64,000 nt of DNA from the human T2T-CHM13v2.0 reference genome, Homo sapiens (GCF_009914755.1 NC_060928.1), one strand, 5' to 3'; shown: positions 40,662 to 55,681, counted from the first letter of the stretch. Notes: generated by a model not told the origin, from the sequence alone. A program made the numbers and translations.

Positions 40662-43600
40662 GTTCCCCTTTGGAAGTTTTTCTTTAAGAAAGTTTCACTT
40701 ATTAAAGGCAAGGTTGATAACTTTGGAAAGATGTGAGTTAAAGGTTGCTATTTAGGAGGCAGGCAAAGGAGGAGAAAAACAAGTTAGGATAAGCAGAAAA
40801 GAACAAATTTAAATATGTTATCTCATATCTTCTCGAATCAGCCTCTTAGTCCTGAGGAAAGTTCAGTTGAGTTAAACAGCAGGGTCCCATTCCAGGAGGC
40901 GGCATGGCAGATGGGCTTGACCTCCATATACAGTGCAGACAAACAGATCTTTAGTAAGAGGCATTTCTGTAGAAACATAAAAAAAACAAAGATTAATGTC
41001 TGGAGTAGTCTATAAACTAATTTTTCTAGCATCTCTGAAGCATCTTTAGATGGCAATCTGACAGATTTTTCTGGATTGTAGTTCGAATCAGGTATTCAAA
41101 TGAACGTTCGGCAGAGTCCAGACATCAATAGGCATGAAGACTGTTTGTATGTAAGTTTCTCTAGTGATTTCCCTGAAAGTTTATATCATGTTATCTAGTT
41201 TTAGTTTGCAGAGCTTTAAAAAAAAAAAGCATGTTTTTAATTTCTAGTGATTTCAATTTAGAAAAATGAGAGAAAAATTTGAAAACCTTAAAGACTTGTA
41301 GCCAGAAAATAATTCAGAATGCAGTCCAAATTGTAGGCAAATAATAAAAACTTAAAAACAATGGACAAGGCTAAAATCCAATAACAGGCATACTATAGTT
41401 TTCTTCTGAAACATATGTTTCTCTCTGTAGTCCCCTAGGTCTACCAAAGATAAGACATAGTAAGACCAATTTATTTGCAACATAAGTTTTACTCCTATTG
41501 TAATTGGCCTAATTATTTGCACAAAGTGCAGTAAGAACAGTGATTGGCTATATGACCTTTTTTAAAGTTGGCTTTGCTGGAACTTTTACATAAGGAATCT
41601 CACATTCGATTTTTAAAAACCTCCCAAGGCTGGGAAGCCAAACCATGGATTTGCTATGAGACTGTACCCAATACCTGTATGAACTGGGTACATTCCCCTT
41701 TTCTCAAGGATTCCAAAATATCTTGAGGTTCCTGAAGCTGCCAAAAAGTGACATTCTACTTGCTGCAAAGTCAGGAACCTTGTAAGAGAACCATATAGAC
41801 AAGCTACCAGGCCAGTATTTACAAGGGTTTTTTTTTTTTTTTTTTAATCAGCTCTAGAAAGTCAACCTCAATTCCTCAAAGTAGTAATATCTGAAAATAT
41901 GTCATTCCATCCACAGCCTTGGTAAAATAGTGTCTACAATTGTGTATTATTTTGGAAGAAAACAGATTCTTATTTAATTTATGCAAATTACTATGTTGCC
42001 ATAAAATAAGACTACTCACAAATAGTTTCTAAATTCTAGTGACACCAGGTAGAGAAAATGGTAAATGTTTCCACTTTGCTCACAAAAGTATACTTTACCA
42101 ATTACTGTAAGCTATAAATAGTTCAAAAGAAAAAAAGAGTTTTCTTGACTCTAGAAAACAAAACAAAAACCATCAGCTATATTTCAAATTTTAAAAATCA
42201 TAGAAAAATCATTCAGTTCTCTATCAGTTAAGTCTTACATGACTAACGTTTGTTCTGCTTGATGTTGGGTTAGCAATCTTCATGAACTCATTAGTTTTTT
42301 CATTAGACTTCTGGAAGTTTTTACCTAGTCTAATGGTACGACCTCCAAAGTTGTCAGAAACCTGTATTTCTGAGAATATTTGGCAATGTCCTTTCCATGA
42401 ATTTCTTTGAAAAATAAGTACATTTTGGACTGCAACCAATTAAAAATAAGCACATTTTGTACTGTAGCCAGTTGTAAACTACTTTTTGAGAAGACTCAAA
42501 GTAAAACAATCATTGTCTGAGGATGACAAAAGATACAGAATAGCCATGGTTAAAGAAGCAATTGACAAGGAAATTTGGTTATTTTTGTGGCATACTGCAA
42601 TTTAACATAATAATTATAATCATAACTGATATCATGTACCAAGATATATCAGAATTTTAGGAATTTCATACAATTTTGGAACACATTAATAACACATTTA
42701 TACAATTATAACTCAAAGAAGAGTTAAGCACAATTTCTTATTTGACAATATTTCTGTATGATTTTTACACATCACATAAGCCTCATATGTCTCTCTTGGA
42801 CTTCCAGGGGTTCTTTATGGAATATCCAAAAGTCAGTTTGAGGTCAAAAAGACTTAATTTTAGAATTTAAAATTTGGTATTGGAAGTTTGTCAAATATCA
42901 AAGGTTTAAAACACTTTATATTAAAAAAAGAAAGTGTTAAAATATTTGATCAAAATAGGATCACAGGTCACTGTAAATAAGTTATTCATTTAGCCAAATT
43001 CATAATTAAAAGATTTCAAAAGCAAAACACTTCACTCTTTGATAGAGAGGAGGTTCAGTTTTCCAATCAAAGTACCTAGTAAAGACAGCATGAGTCAAAC
43101 TCTCCCTGCTACTTCTTATTTTTTGCAGTTTATTCAAAAGGTGAACAAAAATCTTCCATTATACTATCTCTTGCCAATACTACACGAAAATCATATTCAA
43201 AAGAGAAAACTAAAATATATCTTTGCATCAGCATTGTTAATGTTAGAGCTAATTTAATAAAATACTATAAATAGTTCCATTTAATCTCAATCAGTTTTGA
43301 CCACATAAGATTTGTATAAAACTTTTATAACAAAAATTTTTTCATTCTTTTTCTTTCCCCAACTTTCTATATCCATTTAGTTTTATCTATTATTTTTTCC
43401 CTTCAATTTTAAATAACATTTATATGGCCTCTGAACTAGACAAAAATTAATTTACCTTTTCTTTAACAAAACCACATTCTCACACCTTTGTTATAACCTT
43501 CCCCACCCAAAACACATTGAACTTTCCTTATACATTTTTCATACAGAAATGTTTCTCACATCTGGTAGTTTTAATTTTATATACTAATTACAATGTTAAC

Positions 43601-44120
43601 TCTTAGTAACCCTAATTTTCAGGGAAAAACCTTAGAAGTTAGCAATTTTAATTGTTATATACCAGACACAGTGCCCAGGACCTTTCAAGACAATTCCTGG
43701 TGAATCCAACTTCTTTCAAGGAGGAAAGACCTTTCCAGACAATGTCTAATGAATCCAACTCCTCCCTGCATGGCCATGAGGCACAGCTGGGTCCGGTAGG
43801 ATGGGGTTCAAGTGCTGTGCCCTAGCCCTCACTGTGACCAAGTGTCTAAACCCTAGAATCTAAAGACTCAAAACCAAAGAAATAAGCTCGCAGACAAATT
43901 AAGCAAGTATCAAATATATCACAGAAGAAACCATTTTTTGGCCTTAAAAACATGTAGAAGAGACAGTATAAATTTGTCTGTCCAATAGATCCAGGCAAAA
44001 ATGTGTGAATTATATGTAATACCTACAATTCTGAAGACATTCTAATTGTATTTTACTAACAGTTTTTAAGCCAGTTTTATTTACCAAAGATTTCTCATGT
44101 CACATGACCTTGAAAAGCAC
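40662..44120 (-). mobile_element. MER4-group ERV internal region (non-coding, no 5' LTR seen)
   Basis: Contiguous with the PPT and LTR; MER4-int-like text (attggcctaattatttgcacaaagtgcagtaagaac, gtcaggaaccttgtaag, aattgacaaggaaatttggttattt). Confidence 0.7.
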
Positions 44121-44299
44121 TGGGATTTAATCTAGGCATGAGTGACTATGGGTCATTGAATGAGCATTTTATGTTCCAGCCAAATATCATTTCTACATTG
44201 CCAATGATTTTTAATTCACTGAGGGAGAATGTTCAATAAGAGGAAAGGAACACTGACAATGGAGAATGGGAACACACAAACATTTAATAACTGTGGACA

Positions 44300-45550
44300 A
44301 AAGGAGTTCATGCAGAGGAGTGCAAAAAATAATCTTAGGCTAGGAAAAGAATCCAGAGAAAGTCCTGTAGAGAACGTTTCAACAAGAAAGAAGTGTCAAC
44401 TAGATAAAACAGAAAGAGCGAAGAAGACGAGGACTGGCAAGTTCCCTTCGGATTGGTGGTTATGAAGTCACTGGTGAAACAGTAGCAAGAGTATTATGGA
44501 AAAGTGAAGAGCAGAGAGAAAAAGAATAAGGAAACGGGTGGTAGAAAAAGAGTGTGGACAACCTATTTACAGTTCACAGTGAAGGAAGGCAGAGTGGGCA
44601 ATAAGTGTCAGAGAAAGTTTATTTATGAAAGAAAAAGAACTGTATGTTTCATATGTTAATGCATATATAGGTTTCAATCTTAGAGATCTACTTCTTAGAG
44701 TAGAATGAAGAGATACTATCTGGAACACAGGAGGAGGAATAAGCCAGAGAGAACAGGCAAAATTGCCTAATCCTCTGAGATAGAAAAAGAAGTAGAGAAA
44801 GTGAGTGTAAAGAAAAAAGAAGAAAGATTTTTATTTCAGTATGGAGCTTTGGAGCAGAGGGCTGATAACCTCAGGACCTCATGGAGGCCTGATAACCTCA
44901 GTATTCCGTAGGTATGTACTAGGAAGGAGATGTGCTGAGAGAGAACAAATTGGGGCTGCAGCTCCACTTAAGAAAATTAATGAAGTTTGTTACAGCTGCT
45001 GTAGTGAAGAGGAGAGGGAGGTGACCACGGTATAATAAAGAAACATCAAGTAACATTGAAGTCCAAGCAGAGACTGAATCTAAATTTATAGAGACACCAA
45101 TCTATAACTTGGCTATAGGAGAGGATAAAACAGAAAGCTGAATTTAAAGAAAACTGAGAGCATTTGTGAGTGTAATGGTAGAGCGGTAGGAAGAAGAAGG
45201 AGGTAAGGCTGATGGCAAAAACTACAAAATGAGTTAATTCATCTTGGGTCTAAATTAGAACAGGAAGAAAGAAGACCCCAGGACAGTAGCTATGGACTGT
45301 GAGAGAAGAAGGGGACACAGTACTGAAAAGATAAAGGAAGTTTAAGAGCAGATTTGGCGTAAATAAAGCTTGAAAGATGGGGATAGACAGAAGTTGTTGT
45401 TCAGCTATTGCTGTATTAGACCTTAATATTTCAGAGGCTGAGAAATTTGGAGTGCAGAGAGATCCAGGGAAAGACTAAAGATTAGGTTTGTAAAGTTCAG
45501 CAGAAGTGACAGTTCCTGCTATTGAGGCAAGTCTTTGAAGACAGGTGCTG
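44300..45550 (-). mobile_element. L2 remnant
   Basis: Purine-rich plus strand with L2-like gacgaggactgg...ggattgg...aagtcactggtga. Confidence 0.5.
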
Positions 45551-46300
45551 GAAGAATTATTAATAAGGATACTACAGTACACCACAGTGATTATATGGAT
45601 TGCAAAGAAAGAAAAAAATGTCAAAGTCCAATTTAAATAAGATAATGCATTAGAAAGGCTGAAAATTTTAAACAGTTATAAAAATGTTAGCTGCAACTAT
45701 GAAAATTGCTGAAGGGAATAAATGAAAACAGTCGATGTATACCATAAATATGAAGCATAAATTTTCATAATTTATATACGAGTAAGGACCAAGAGGAAAC
45801 CATGGATCCTTGAGCAGGGTAACCAATGATAAAAAAGATGGGGAGATCAGGCTGATTTTCCAGGGAGTGGAGGTTCCATCTACAAGACTCAGATCTTTTT
45901 TGTGTTTGCTTTTTGTTTTGGTTTGGATTCGTTTTTGCTCATTTGTTTCAGTTTTACAAAGACTGAAGTGGTTGTTTCACAAAATATATATTGTACAGAT
46001 AGTACCCTCAGGCCTTATTTTCCCAGCCAGAAACACCAACACAACAGCTTCCAAATGCAGTCTCCTTTACAATTCATTAATTTTTGTTCTATTCCTAGCA
46101 TGGCCTCACTGGGCTTTGGTTTCCCTTGAGGAAAGTGATTTTCTTTTGTGGTTTGCAGTTGAGTCACAAGAGAATTTTGAAGGGTTTTGAGCCTCCCCGT
46201 TGCAAAGCTGTAGGTAAGTGTCTTGTGACAGCTATAGCAATAAAGCAGAGTGGTTTTCCTTAACATTTAAATGCAATAATTAGCATATGTTGTTTTAAAT

Positions 46301-46338
46301 TGTGTGTGTGTGTGTGTGTGTGTGTGGGTGTGTGTGTG
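46301..46338. repeat. (TG)n microsatellite
   Basis: Seen directly. Confidence 0.95.
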
Positions 46339-46464
46339 TTTTATATTTACAGAACCATGTTCTCGAAGCAGTCCAGTCTCTAAAGTTTCACCAGGTGGGG
46401 CAGAGTGCCAGGCCTATGACTAGGGCCAGAGGTCTCTCCTCTTGTCTCTCTGATGAATACTGGC

Positions 46465-48978
46465 AGTTCCCCAGGCTTACCAGTTATTCTGGAGATAATG
46501 CTTTTGAAGGCCTCAAAGGTGCTGAATATCATCTTAATTTGAACCCCACAGAAAGAGTTTGGACACCTCCATTCTTCACTGCACAAAGCTCTCTTGACCA
46601 GGCACCTGGCTGATCTCTGGCATCTCGGTGGGCTACACGGAGCTCATGGTCTTCATTCTCCAGGTAAAACCAGGGAGCACAGCTTGAACTCCTGACATTC
46701 TTCCTTGATTTTATCACTGCCTCTCCTGCCTCTGCTGCCCATCTTTTTATGTCTGATATGCACTGCTTTCAGCTTTATGCTGTTATGTTTCTGGCCAACT
46801 GGAAACATACATATCTGCAGATCAATGGTGAGGAACCTCCCAGTGCCCCACTGCAGGGTCTGGCTGTTATCAGAAGAGGCTGGGGGTCTCATCCTCAGGC
46901 ACATTTTGCTGGTTGTGCACCTTTCCGAACTGCCCAGAGTGAAGGGATTTTCATCTGGAGGAGAGACCCTGGAGGAAATCAGTTTCAACTTGGGCTCCAC
47001 CAATGCTGCCAGCATTGTGGGTAGAGAGGGAGGCCACAGGGCCATACTGGAGGGCTATGCTGTAAGGAGGTGGTCTTCACCTCTAGGCAGATTAGGTGAC
47101 CAGCAGGCACTTTCACAGAGCCACTGGCCTTCCACTCTGACTCCTGGTTCTGCCCGGACCACTGAATTCTTGTGGCACTCTGACTACATTTTTGAAAAAA
47201 TTTAATGAGTTCATGTGAATATTCAGTGATTCATGGATTGGGTAGCAGCAGATCACAAGTGGTTCAGTGCCCCACAGAAGGGGTCATAAGGGGACTTTTT
47301 AAATAAATTCAACTTTTATTTTAGATTCAGGAGTACATGTGCAGGCGTGTTACACCGGTATATTGTGTGATGCTGAGGTCTGGGCTATGAATGATCCTGT
47401 TGTCCAGGTAGTGAGCACAGTACCCAATAGATGGCTTTCAGCCCTTTTGCCTCTAATATATGTCTACTATATATATAAACATTATACATATAAATATATA
47501 ATATATATATTTTTTTTCAGCCCTTTCCCGTCTAGTACCTGTCTACTATACCCATCTTTATGTCCATGTGTACCCAATGCTTAGCTCTCACTTACAAGTG
47601 ACAACATGTGATACTTGGTCTTCTGTTCCTGCATTAATTTGCCTAGTATAATGGCCTCCAGCTGTATCCATGTTGCTGCAAAGGACATGATTTCATTTTT
47701 TGCGGCTGCATAGTATTCTAGTGTATATGTAGCACATTTTATTTAACCTATTCACCACTGATGAGCATCTAGGCTGCTTCCATGTCTTTGCTATTCTTAG
47801 AGTGAGAATTAAAGGTGGGAATGGCAGGCTCATTGAAACTCTGCCGCTTTGAGGTGGCAGAGATCTCATGCTATACCTTGCAAGTGAGGAAGGAGTACAG
47901 CTGTTGGTGGGATGAGCTGAAGCCGAGGCTTGAGGATAATGGGGTAGTGCTCCATCTCAGATCTCTCGTAGCCCAGGAGCAGATGGATGGTCATTGCTTT
48001 GGCATAATTCTGACCCATTAACAAGCTCTGAATCTCTTCGCACGTATAAGCCATGGGCATTATCTCAGTCTGTCAGGGATTCTTAAAAGCAGGAAGTGGT
48101 CAATGTAAGAGTTTAGATTTCAGTTCCTCCTCGTGGTCCATGTTCATCCACGGATGCTTCATGATTTCCTCTAAAGTGCCTCTCCTGCGAGAGTTGAGGA
48201 CAAGAAATTTCTTGAGCAGGTTTTCACACTCCATGGGCATATAGCAAGAAATACCAGATATTCTTCTCAATATCTACTCTGGCAACTCCTTGAAGTTCTG
48301 TCTATCACAAGGCAGCAGGGGCACACTGAGCAGCCGATAGAGGATAACTGCCAGTCTTTACTCATTCACTAGCAGCTGTTGTACTTTGGGCCCTGGAAGA
48401 GCTGTGGGGCAATATAAAGAGGGCTGCCACAGAGGGCAGCTAGCTTGTTGCCAAAGGTGAATTTGTTGTGAAGCTAGCCTACAATGTCAGCTGTGCAGAT
48501 GTTCTGCCCACAGGTCTCTAAGGACCATACACCTCTGGTGGTAACACTGCACAATAGGCACTTCATGGCAAAATTCGCCTTGTGCTTTTTTCTCTTTCAT
48601 GCTGCCATCAGCCACCAGGTAATGGAACACCCCCTCCTCCACCAACATACTCCACAATACTGTAGAGGATTTTCTTAATGTCAATCACTTCAGATAATTT
48701 CACTATGGTGGGTTGATTCAAGGCCTTCTTGATTTGGTTTTTCTGGAACAGTCACAGGAGGCTGGGGGAGTTCTGCTGAGTCTTACTGATGGTCTTTGCA
48801 GCCACCTCTTTCCCAGTGAAAATGTGCCACACCAATTTCACCTTGGTGAAGTTACCCCCACTGATGGAGCCAGTCGACTAAGGAGCCAGTCGTTGCCATT
48901 ATGGGTCTCTTCCTGAATAGAGATGGCTGAGAGACACTGCAGCATGTTGGGCTTATAGGCAAGTTGTCACAAAGTCAG
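46465..48978 (-). pseudogene. Processed pseudogene of MARK2 (microtubule affinity-regulating kinase 2); copy number not determined
   Basis: Intronless, broken translation tracks MARK2 end to end: [76 protein letters not shown]-like YTCEEIQSLLMGQNY..LLLGY, PAIPTFNSHSK, PVASLSTHN, KA1-like FTWRMKTMSS and AFKSIISRI. Many stops and frameshifts; the DFG region is deleted. Confidence 0.93.
47296..47796 (-). mobile_element. L1PA/PB-age 3' end inserted in the MARK2 pseudogene
   Basis: ttttattttagattcaggagtacatgtgcagg...tccatgttgctgcaaaggacatgatttc...ttccatgtctttgctatt. Confidence 0.9.
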
Positions 48979-49074
48979 CTTACAATTGGGAAAAGCTGGT
49001 GAGAAGCTTGGTCCAAATCGCATCAACAGAAACTCAGGCCCAGAGTCTACCCAATGAACTGGTCATTGAGAGGA

Positions 49075-49325
49075 ATCAAAACACAACACCAAACAAAAAT
49101 AAAAAGTACCAGAAATTAACAATAACTAAACAAAAAAATGAGAGAAATTAAGAAAAGAAAAATGAGAAAAAGACTGAATAATAAAAATGAGAAAAATAAA
49201 AATGAAAAAGGGAAGTGAGAAAAAAGAAAGTAAGAAAATAATAAAAAATGAGGAACAGAAAAAAACAGTATAGAAGAAAAATTTAAAACAAGCAAAAGAG
49301 AAAAAAAGCCAAAGAGATAAAAAGT
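49075..49325. repeat. A-rich low-complexity tract
   Basis: About 250 bp of nearly pure A/G on the plus strand. Confidence 0.85.
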
Positions 49326-49705
49326 TAACTTTGGTCAAAGTCTCTCAGGTCATGGAAAACCAGCTTCCTGAGCTGGAAGCACCAAAGTTTAGACCCAGAA
49401 GTTGTAGGTTCTTAGAATTTCATAAAAATAGCTCCTTATGCAGGTTATAGCAAGAAATGAACTATCACTGGTAAGGATAATCCAGAGTGGTTTTCTTACA
49501 TTTTGGTTTTGGAACACATTTCTCTTAAGAGGGGGGTTGAGGTGTTCCTAAAAAGCTTTTAATCTGAGTTATATTGATCAATATTTACCTCGTTAGAATT
49601 TAAAACCTGCAGAGTGTTTCAGTGACTTTTTCATTCCTAGTTTGGAACTTACAATAAACTTTGGCTTTTAAAGAGCTCATAGTATCTACATTTAAAATAT
49701 ATAAT

Positions 49706-50024
<319 letters not shown>

Positions 50025-50439
50025 AAAATTTATAATTTCTTTTTTAAAAACTCTGAATGGTTGGTCTCAAAATGACGTCACAACTTAGCTGACATCATGA
50101 TACTATACAAAAATGTTCCATTGCATAGGACACAATCAGATATACTTAGGTATACATTATTAGGATTTTTAAAGCTGAGGGGAAGATAGCTTCCATCATA
50201 CTCTCATTTCTTATTTAAAGCTTTGCCTTTCTTTGGAGAAAATTCCTCCCTTCCATGAGATAGATGATTCATTTTGTTCATGTCAGTATTTTCAAATGTA
50301 GAGGTTGCAACTGTCAGTTGAGAAAGCAAGTTTCTCTTTTTCTTTTTTCTTTTTTCTTCTTTCTTTCTTTCTTTCTTTTACTTCTTTCTTTCCTTCTCTT
50401 TCTCCTCTCTCTCTGTCTCTTTCTTTCTTGCACTTTATA

Positions 50440-51515
50440 GACTATTTAAAATAGTAGTTTAGGTTCTCAGCAAAACCGAATGGAAGATATGGAGAGTTTC
50501 CATATCCCCCTACCCAACACATGCATAGGCTCCTCCACTATCAACATTCCCCATAAAAACAGTTCATTAGTTACAATCAATGAACCTACATTGACACATC
50601 ATTATCTTCCAAAGTCCATGGCTTACACTGTGGTTCACTCTTGGTGTTACATGGTCTATGGGTTTGGACAAGTGCATAAATGACTTGTACCCACCATCAT
50701 AGTATGCAGAATAGTTTCATTGCTCTAAAAATCTTCTGTGCTCCACTTATTCCTTCCTCCCTCCCCACTAACTCTTGGCAACCACAGATCCTTTTACCAA
50801 CTCCATAGTTTTGCCTTTTCCAGAATGTTATATAGTTTTAATCATACACTGTGTAGCCTTATAGTTAAAATCATACAGTATTGGCTCCTTACACTTAGTA
50901 ATATGTATTTATGGTTCCTCCATGTCTTTTCATGCCTAGATAGCTCATTTCTTTTCAGTCCTAAATACTATTTAATTGTTTAAATGCACCATAGTTTATC
51001 CATTCACCTACTGAAGGACATCTTGGTTGCATCAAGTTTAGACAATTATGAATAAAGCTGCTATAATCATCCGTATGCAGGTTTTTGTGTGCATATAAGT
51101 TTTCAACTTATTTACGTAAATAACAGGGAGTGAGACTGCTGGATTTTATGGTAAGAGCATGTTTAGTTTTATAAGAAAGTGCCAAATTGTCTTTCAACTA
51201 GCAGTGCGTGAGAAGCTCCAGTGTCTCCACATTCTTATCAGTATTTTGGATTTTTGCCATCTCACAGTTGTGTAGAATTGTCTCATTGTTGTTTTAATTT
51301 CCAATTCTCTAATGACATAACGATGTGGAACATCTTTTCATATTCTCATTTCATATATTATTATTATCTCTGATTAGGTGTCTGTTCAAATCTTTTGCCT
51401 TTTGTAAATCAGGTTGTTTTTCTTATGGTTGAGTTTTTAAAGTTCTTTGTTTATTTTGACTAACAGTCATTTATCAAATAGTTTTTGCAAATATTTTCTC
51501 CCAGTCTGTGACTTA
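50440..51515 (-). mobile_element. Old L1M (MB/MC-like) 3' end
   Basis: aatgaacctacattgacacatcattatc, tttatccattcacctactgaaggacatcttggttgc; preceded by a (CTTT)n/CT tract at 50335-50430. Confidence 0.85.
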
Positions 51516-51992
51516 AGACTCATATTTTAATTATTATTATTTAGCATATCTTAATGATTAAATATTAAACAGGATTATACATTTAAAGTAGACCACATAG
51601 AAGCTGCATATGTAAGTATTGTTTCACTAGAAACAATTGTCACTTAAGTTTCTGTGATGGTAAGAATGAGTACTCACTGGTCTCCTTAATAGTAGGTGAA
51701 TTGGCATGAATCTGTAGAGGTGTATGCATGAGACAAGAATTTTCCAGTTTTACACTTTTTGCACATTGGCAAGATATTATGATATATGATCATAAACATC
51801 ACTAAAATATACACGTGCTAAGCTTTAGGGCTTTCAGATAACCACCAGTAGTTTTGTATTGAATTACTTGGTTTAAAGACAAAGCTCAGATATGTGTTCA
51901 ATGATGAAAAAGAAGTAGTAGGAAATCCTTTTCTTCTTTCTCAAGAACATTAGCACCTCTTCAAATACATTGATTATAGAACACAGACAGCC

Positions 51993-52824
51993 CTTGCGAT
52001 AGTTTGCTGAGAATGATGGTTTCCAGCTTCATCCATGTCCCTACAAAGGACATGAACTCATCCTTTTTTATGGCTGCATAGTATTCCATGGTGTATATGT
52101 GCCACATTTTCTTAATCCATTCTATCATTGATGGACATTTGGGTTTGGTTCCAAGTCTTTGCTATTGTGAATAGTGCTGCAATAAACATATGTGTGCATG
52201 TGTCTTTGTAGCAGCATGGTTTATAATCCTTTGGGTATATACCCAGTAATGGGATGGTTGGGTCAAATGGTATTTCTAGTTCTAGATCCCTGAGGAATCG
52301 CCACACTGTCTTCCACAATGGTTGAACTAGTTTACAGTCCCACCAACAGTGTAAAAGTGTTCCTATTTCTCCACATCCTCTCCAGCACCTGTTGTTTCCT
52401 AACTTTTTAATGATTGCCATTCTAACTGGTGTGAGATGGTATCTCATTGTGGTTTTGATTTGCATTTCTCTGATGGCCAGTGATAGTGAGCATTGGGAAT
52501 TGAACAATGAGAACATTTGGACACAGGAAGGAGAACATCACACACCGGGGCCTGTTGTGGGGTGGAAGGATGGCGGAGGGATAGCATTAGGAGATATACC
52601 TAATGTAAATGACAAGTTAATGGGTGCAGCACACCAACATGGCACATGTATACATATGTAACAAACCTGCACATTGTGCACATGTACCCTAAAACTTAAA
52701 GTATAATATATAATACTTCATATAATATATATATTATACTTATACATATATATATTATACATATATATATTATACATATATATATTATACATATATATAT
52801 ATTATACATATATATATGTATAAA
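51993..52824 (+). mobile_element. 5'-inverted L1PA insertion with AT-rich expanded tail
   Basis: Antisense ORF2 C-terminal/3' UTR part (51993-52494) then sense 3' UTR (52495-52710); TSD agaacacagacagcc (51978-51992) / agaacacagactgcc (52825-52839). Confidence 0.92.
52741..52817. repeat. 15-bp AT-rich minisatellite (tatacatatatatat)x5
   Basis: Four perfect units at 52741-52800 and a fifth after a 2-nt spacer. Confidence 0.92.
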
Positions 52825-53286
52825 AGAACACAGACTGCCAACTGGGAAAAGAGTTTTCCAACATCTGCATCCATGAAGACGTTTTCAAATGATGTAAAAG
52901 CAGATTGATGCTTTCACTGGATTTGTAACTTTTTTTTTTAATACAGAGGGATTTGTAGCCTTCTCCTTCATTAAACAGTATTAATAAAATCACCTCTAAG
53001 TAAATGAAATCCTTATGGTTTTTATTAATGATATTAATTTCTTTTTGAGGTTTCCACAATTGCTTTTAAAATCAAGTTTCTAATATCCTCTACTCTTCAT
53101 ACATCTCTAATTGGAAAAGATATAAGAGCATTAGCAAAAGCTAATAAAAATGCTCTTATATGTTTTCAAAATAAATGGTTAACAATTTAACATCTCTGAT
53201 ATTCCTTTCAAGCTACCACTATTCTTTTGTATATTGAGTCCTATAAATTACAGACCACTATTTCATGCACTAATACGTGAAATAAT

Positions 53287-53324
53287 TGCTATAGCTAAAG
53301 ATAAATGCTATAGCTAAAGATAAA
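53287..53324. repeat. Perfect 19-bp tandem duplication (tgctatagctaaagataaa x2)
   Basis: Seen directly. Confidence 0.95.
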
Positions 53325-53482
53325 TGCGTTTGGTGGGAAATTTTTAATCTGAACTTTTGTCTAATATTGTAAAATATATCTGCTAATCTTGGACTTTCAT
53401 GTAAAGCCATCCTGCAGCAATGTACCCCTTAGGCACCTTTAACTACACTTGTGGTCCTCAACCCTGGCCACACTTACCTTAA

Positions 53483-53781
<299 letters not shown>

Positions 53782-54222
53782 TAGAATTTTAAAAATTATA
53801 CCTGGACACCACCCCAACTTAAATGTGTTAGAATTCCTGGTGATGAATATTTTTTGAAAGCTTCCTGATATGACCATGGTTGACAGTCACTATGCCAGAT
53901 CTCTTCATCTACTTCCTGGATTTCCTTCCCTCACTTTTAAGAATTCTAAAGCTGATATTTTGTGTTACATGCATTACTTCCAGTATTAGCTGCTGCTAAT
54001 GTTTATTCAATAAGTATTATTGAATACACTTTCTTAGCCTCTTTACATTGCTATTACCTGAAAACCTTACAACAAAACAATAAATAAGGTGTTCATGTTA
54101 TTTCTACATACAGATGGAAACACTGAGATTCAAATATGTTCATTGTCTTCTCCAACGTGTTCTTTTTTGCATGTTTGCTGTTGACCTCAAGAAAGACTTG
54201 GAAATAAGACCATAATCTGTAA

Positions 54223-54519
<297 letters not shown>

Positions 54520-55681
54520 CATGATCTGTAATTTTAATCAAAAGTGTTAGGCTACATAGTGCATTGTAAATTTTCAATTATGCCTAATATAAATAAGCAC
54601 AACCAACACTATTTTTCAAAGTCACATAAAAGTGTTCAAGAAATCACAGAGGCTCTCCACATAATAAAAGTAAAAGTGTGAAAGGCAGAATTTAGAATGA
54701 TTTGTTAGAGAAGAACTGTAGGTTCTGCATATAAAATAGGCTCATTTAACAATATGCCATTCTGTATGCCCCAAAGGATATGGGGGAAAGTTAAGACACT
54801 TCATTTTAAATCAATTGTGAAATGTGGTTTAATTATCAGAAGCAAATGAGATAATTTTTTCCACCAATAGAGCAGTTTTAAATGTTGTTCACTTTATTTT
54901 AGATATTGTGAGCATAAAAATGATTTGCTAAACCCAGACAAAATTTTTGAAGAGTTTCATGAATCCAAACATGTTTACACTATAATAAATTATTTCCAAG
55001 ACACCAGGAACACCATAGCTAAAATACAATTCAAATGAGATCTACATTTAATGTAGAAGAACCAGACATCCCTTATCTATATCAACTACTAATATCCCTG
55101 CTGTGAACTATAAATTAACGAGGTTCATTTTGTGTGTGTGGCCATGGAGCCAGGCTTCCACGCCCCATTTAAGCCGTATCAGTCATACCTCATATATTTA
55201 TTTAACGAAGATAAGCACTTTCAAGTTGCTTCATGCATTTGCATCTTTGAAGGCACTGTATATTCTATTTTTACTGCAACATTTGAGTTCTGGTTCTGTA
55301 TTTTGTGTTGATAAACCTAAATACGGTTTGAAGTTATTTTGATTCCATTTATATATTTGCTTTAGGCAACTGGGGGAAGGAAATACATTTGACATCAGAA
55401 CACTCAAGTCTTATGAGGAAAGAATCACAGGAAAGCTCAGATCAGCTGTAAGTAATAAACATGTTTTATTGTAATGCCTACTATGAGCCAGGCCTGTTGC
55501 ATAAACATAAAATAATATAATCTTCCCAACAACCCTGAGATGAGTGTATCATTGCTATTAATTTCTAATTACAATGTTAACTTATATAAATAGAGGCAGA
55601 TTAGGAGAAGTTAACAAGCAGCAGAGTGAGTCTGAAATCCCGAAGTAACTCTATAGATCTGCTCAGTGAAGGAAAACAATG

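Noticed and set aside
46705-47205. 166-aa plus-strand ORF, the longest in the window
   Set aside because: Antisense shadow of the MARK2 pseudogene, with a non-ATG start.
46465-48945. Functional MARK kinase gene
   Set aside because: Multiple stops and frameshifts, HRDLK altered, DFG region deleted and an L1 inserted.
52112-52516. 134-aa ORF resembling L1 ORF2p C-terminus
   Set aside because: Inverted fragment of a truncated L1 insertion, not a gene.
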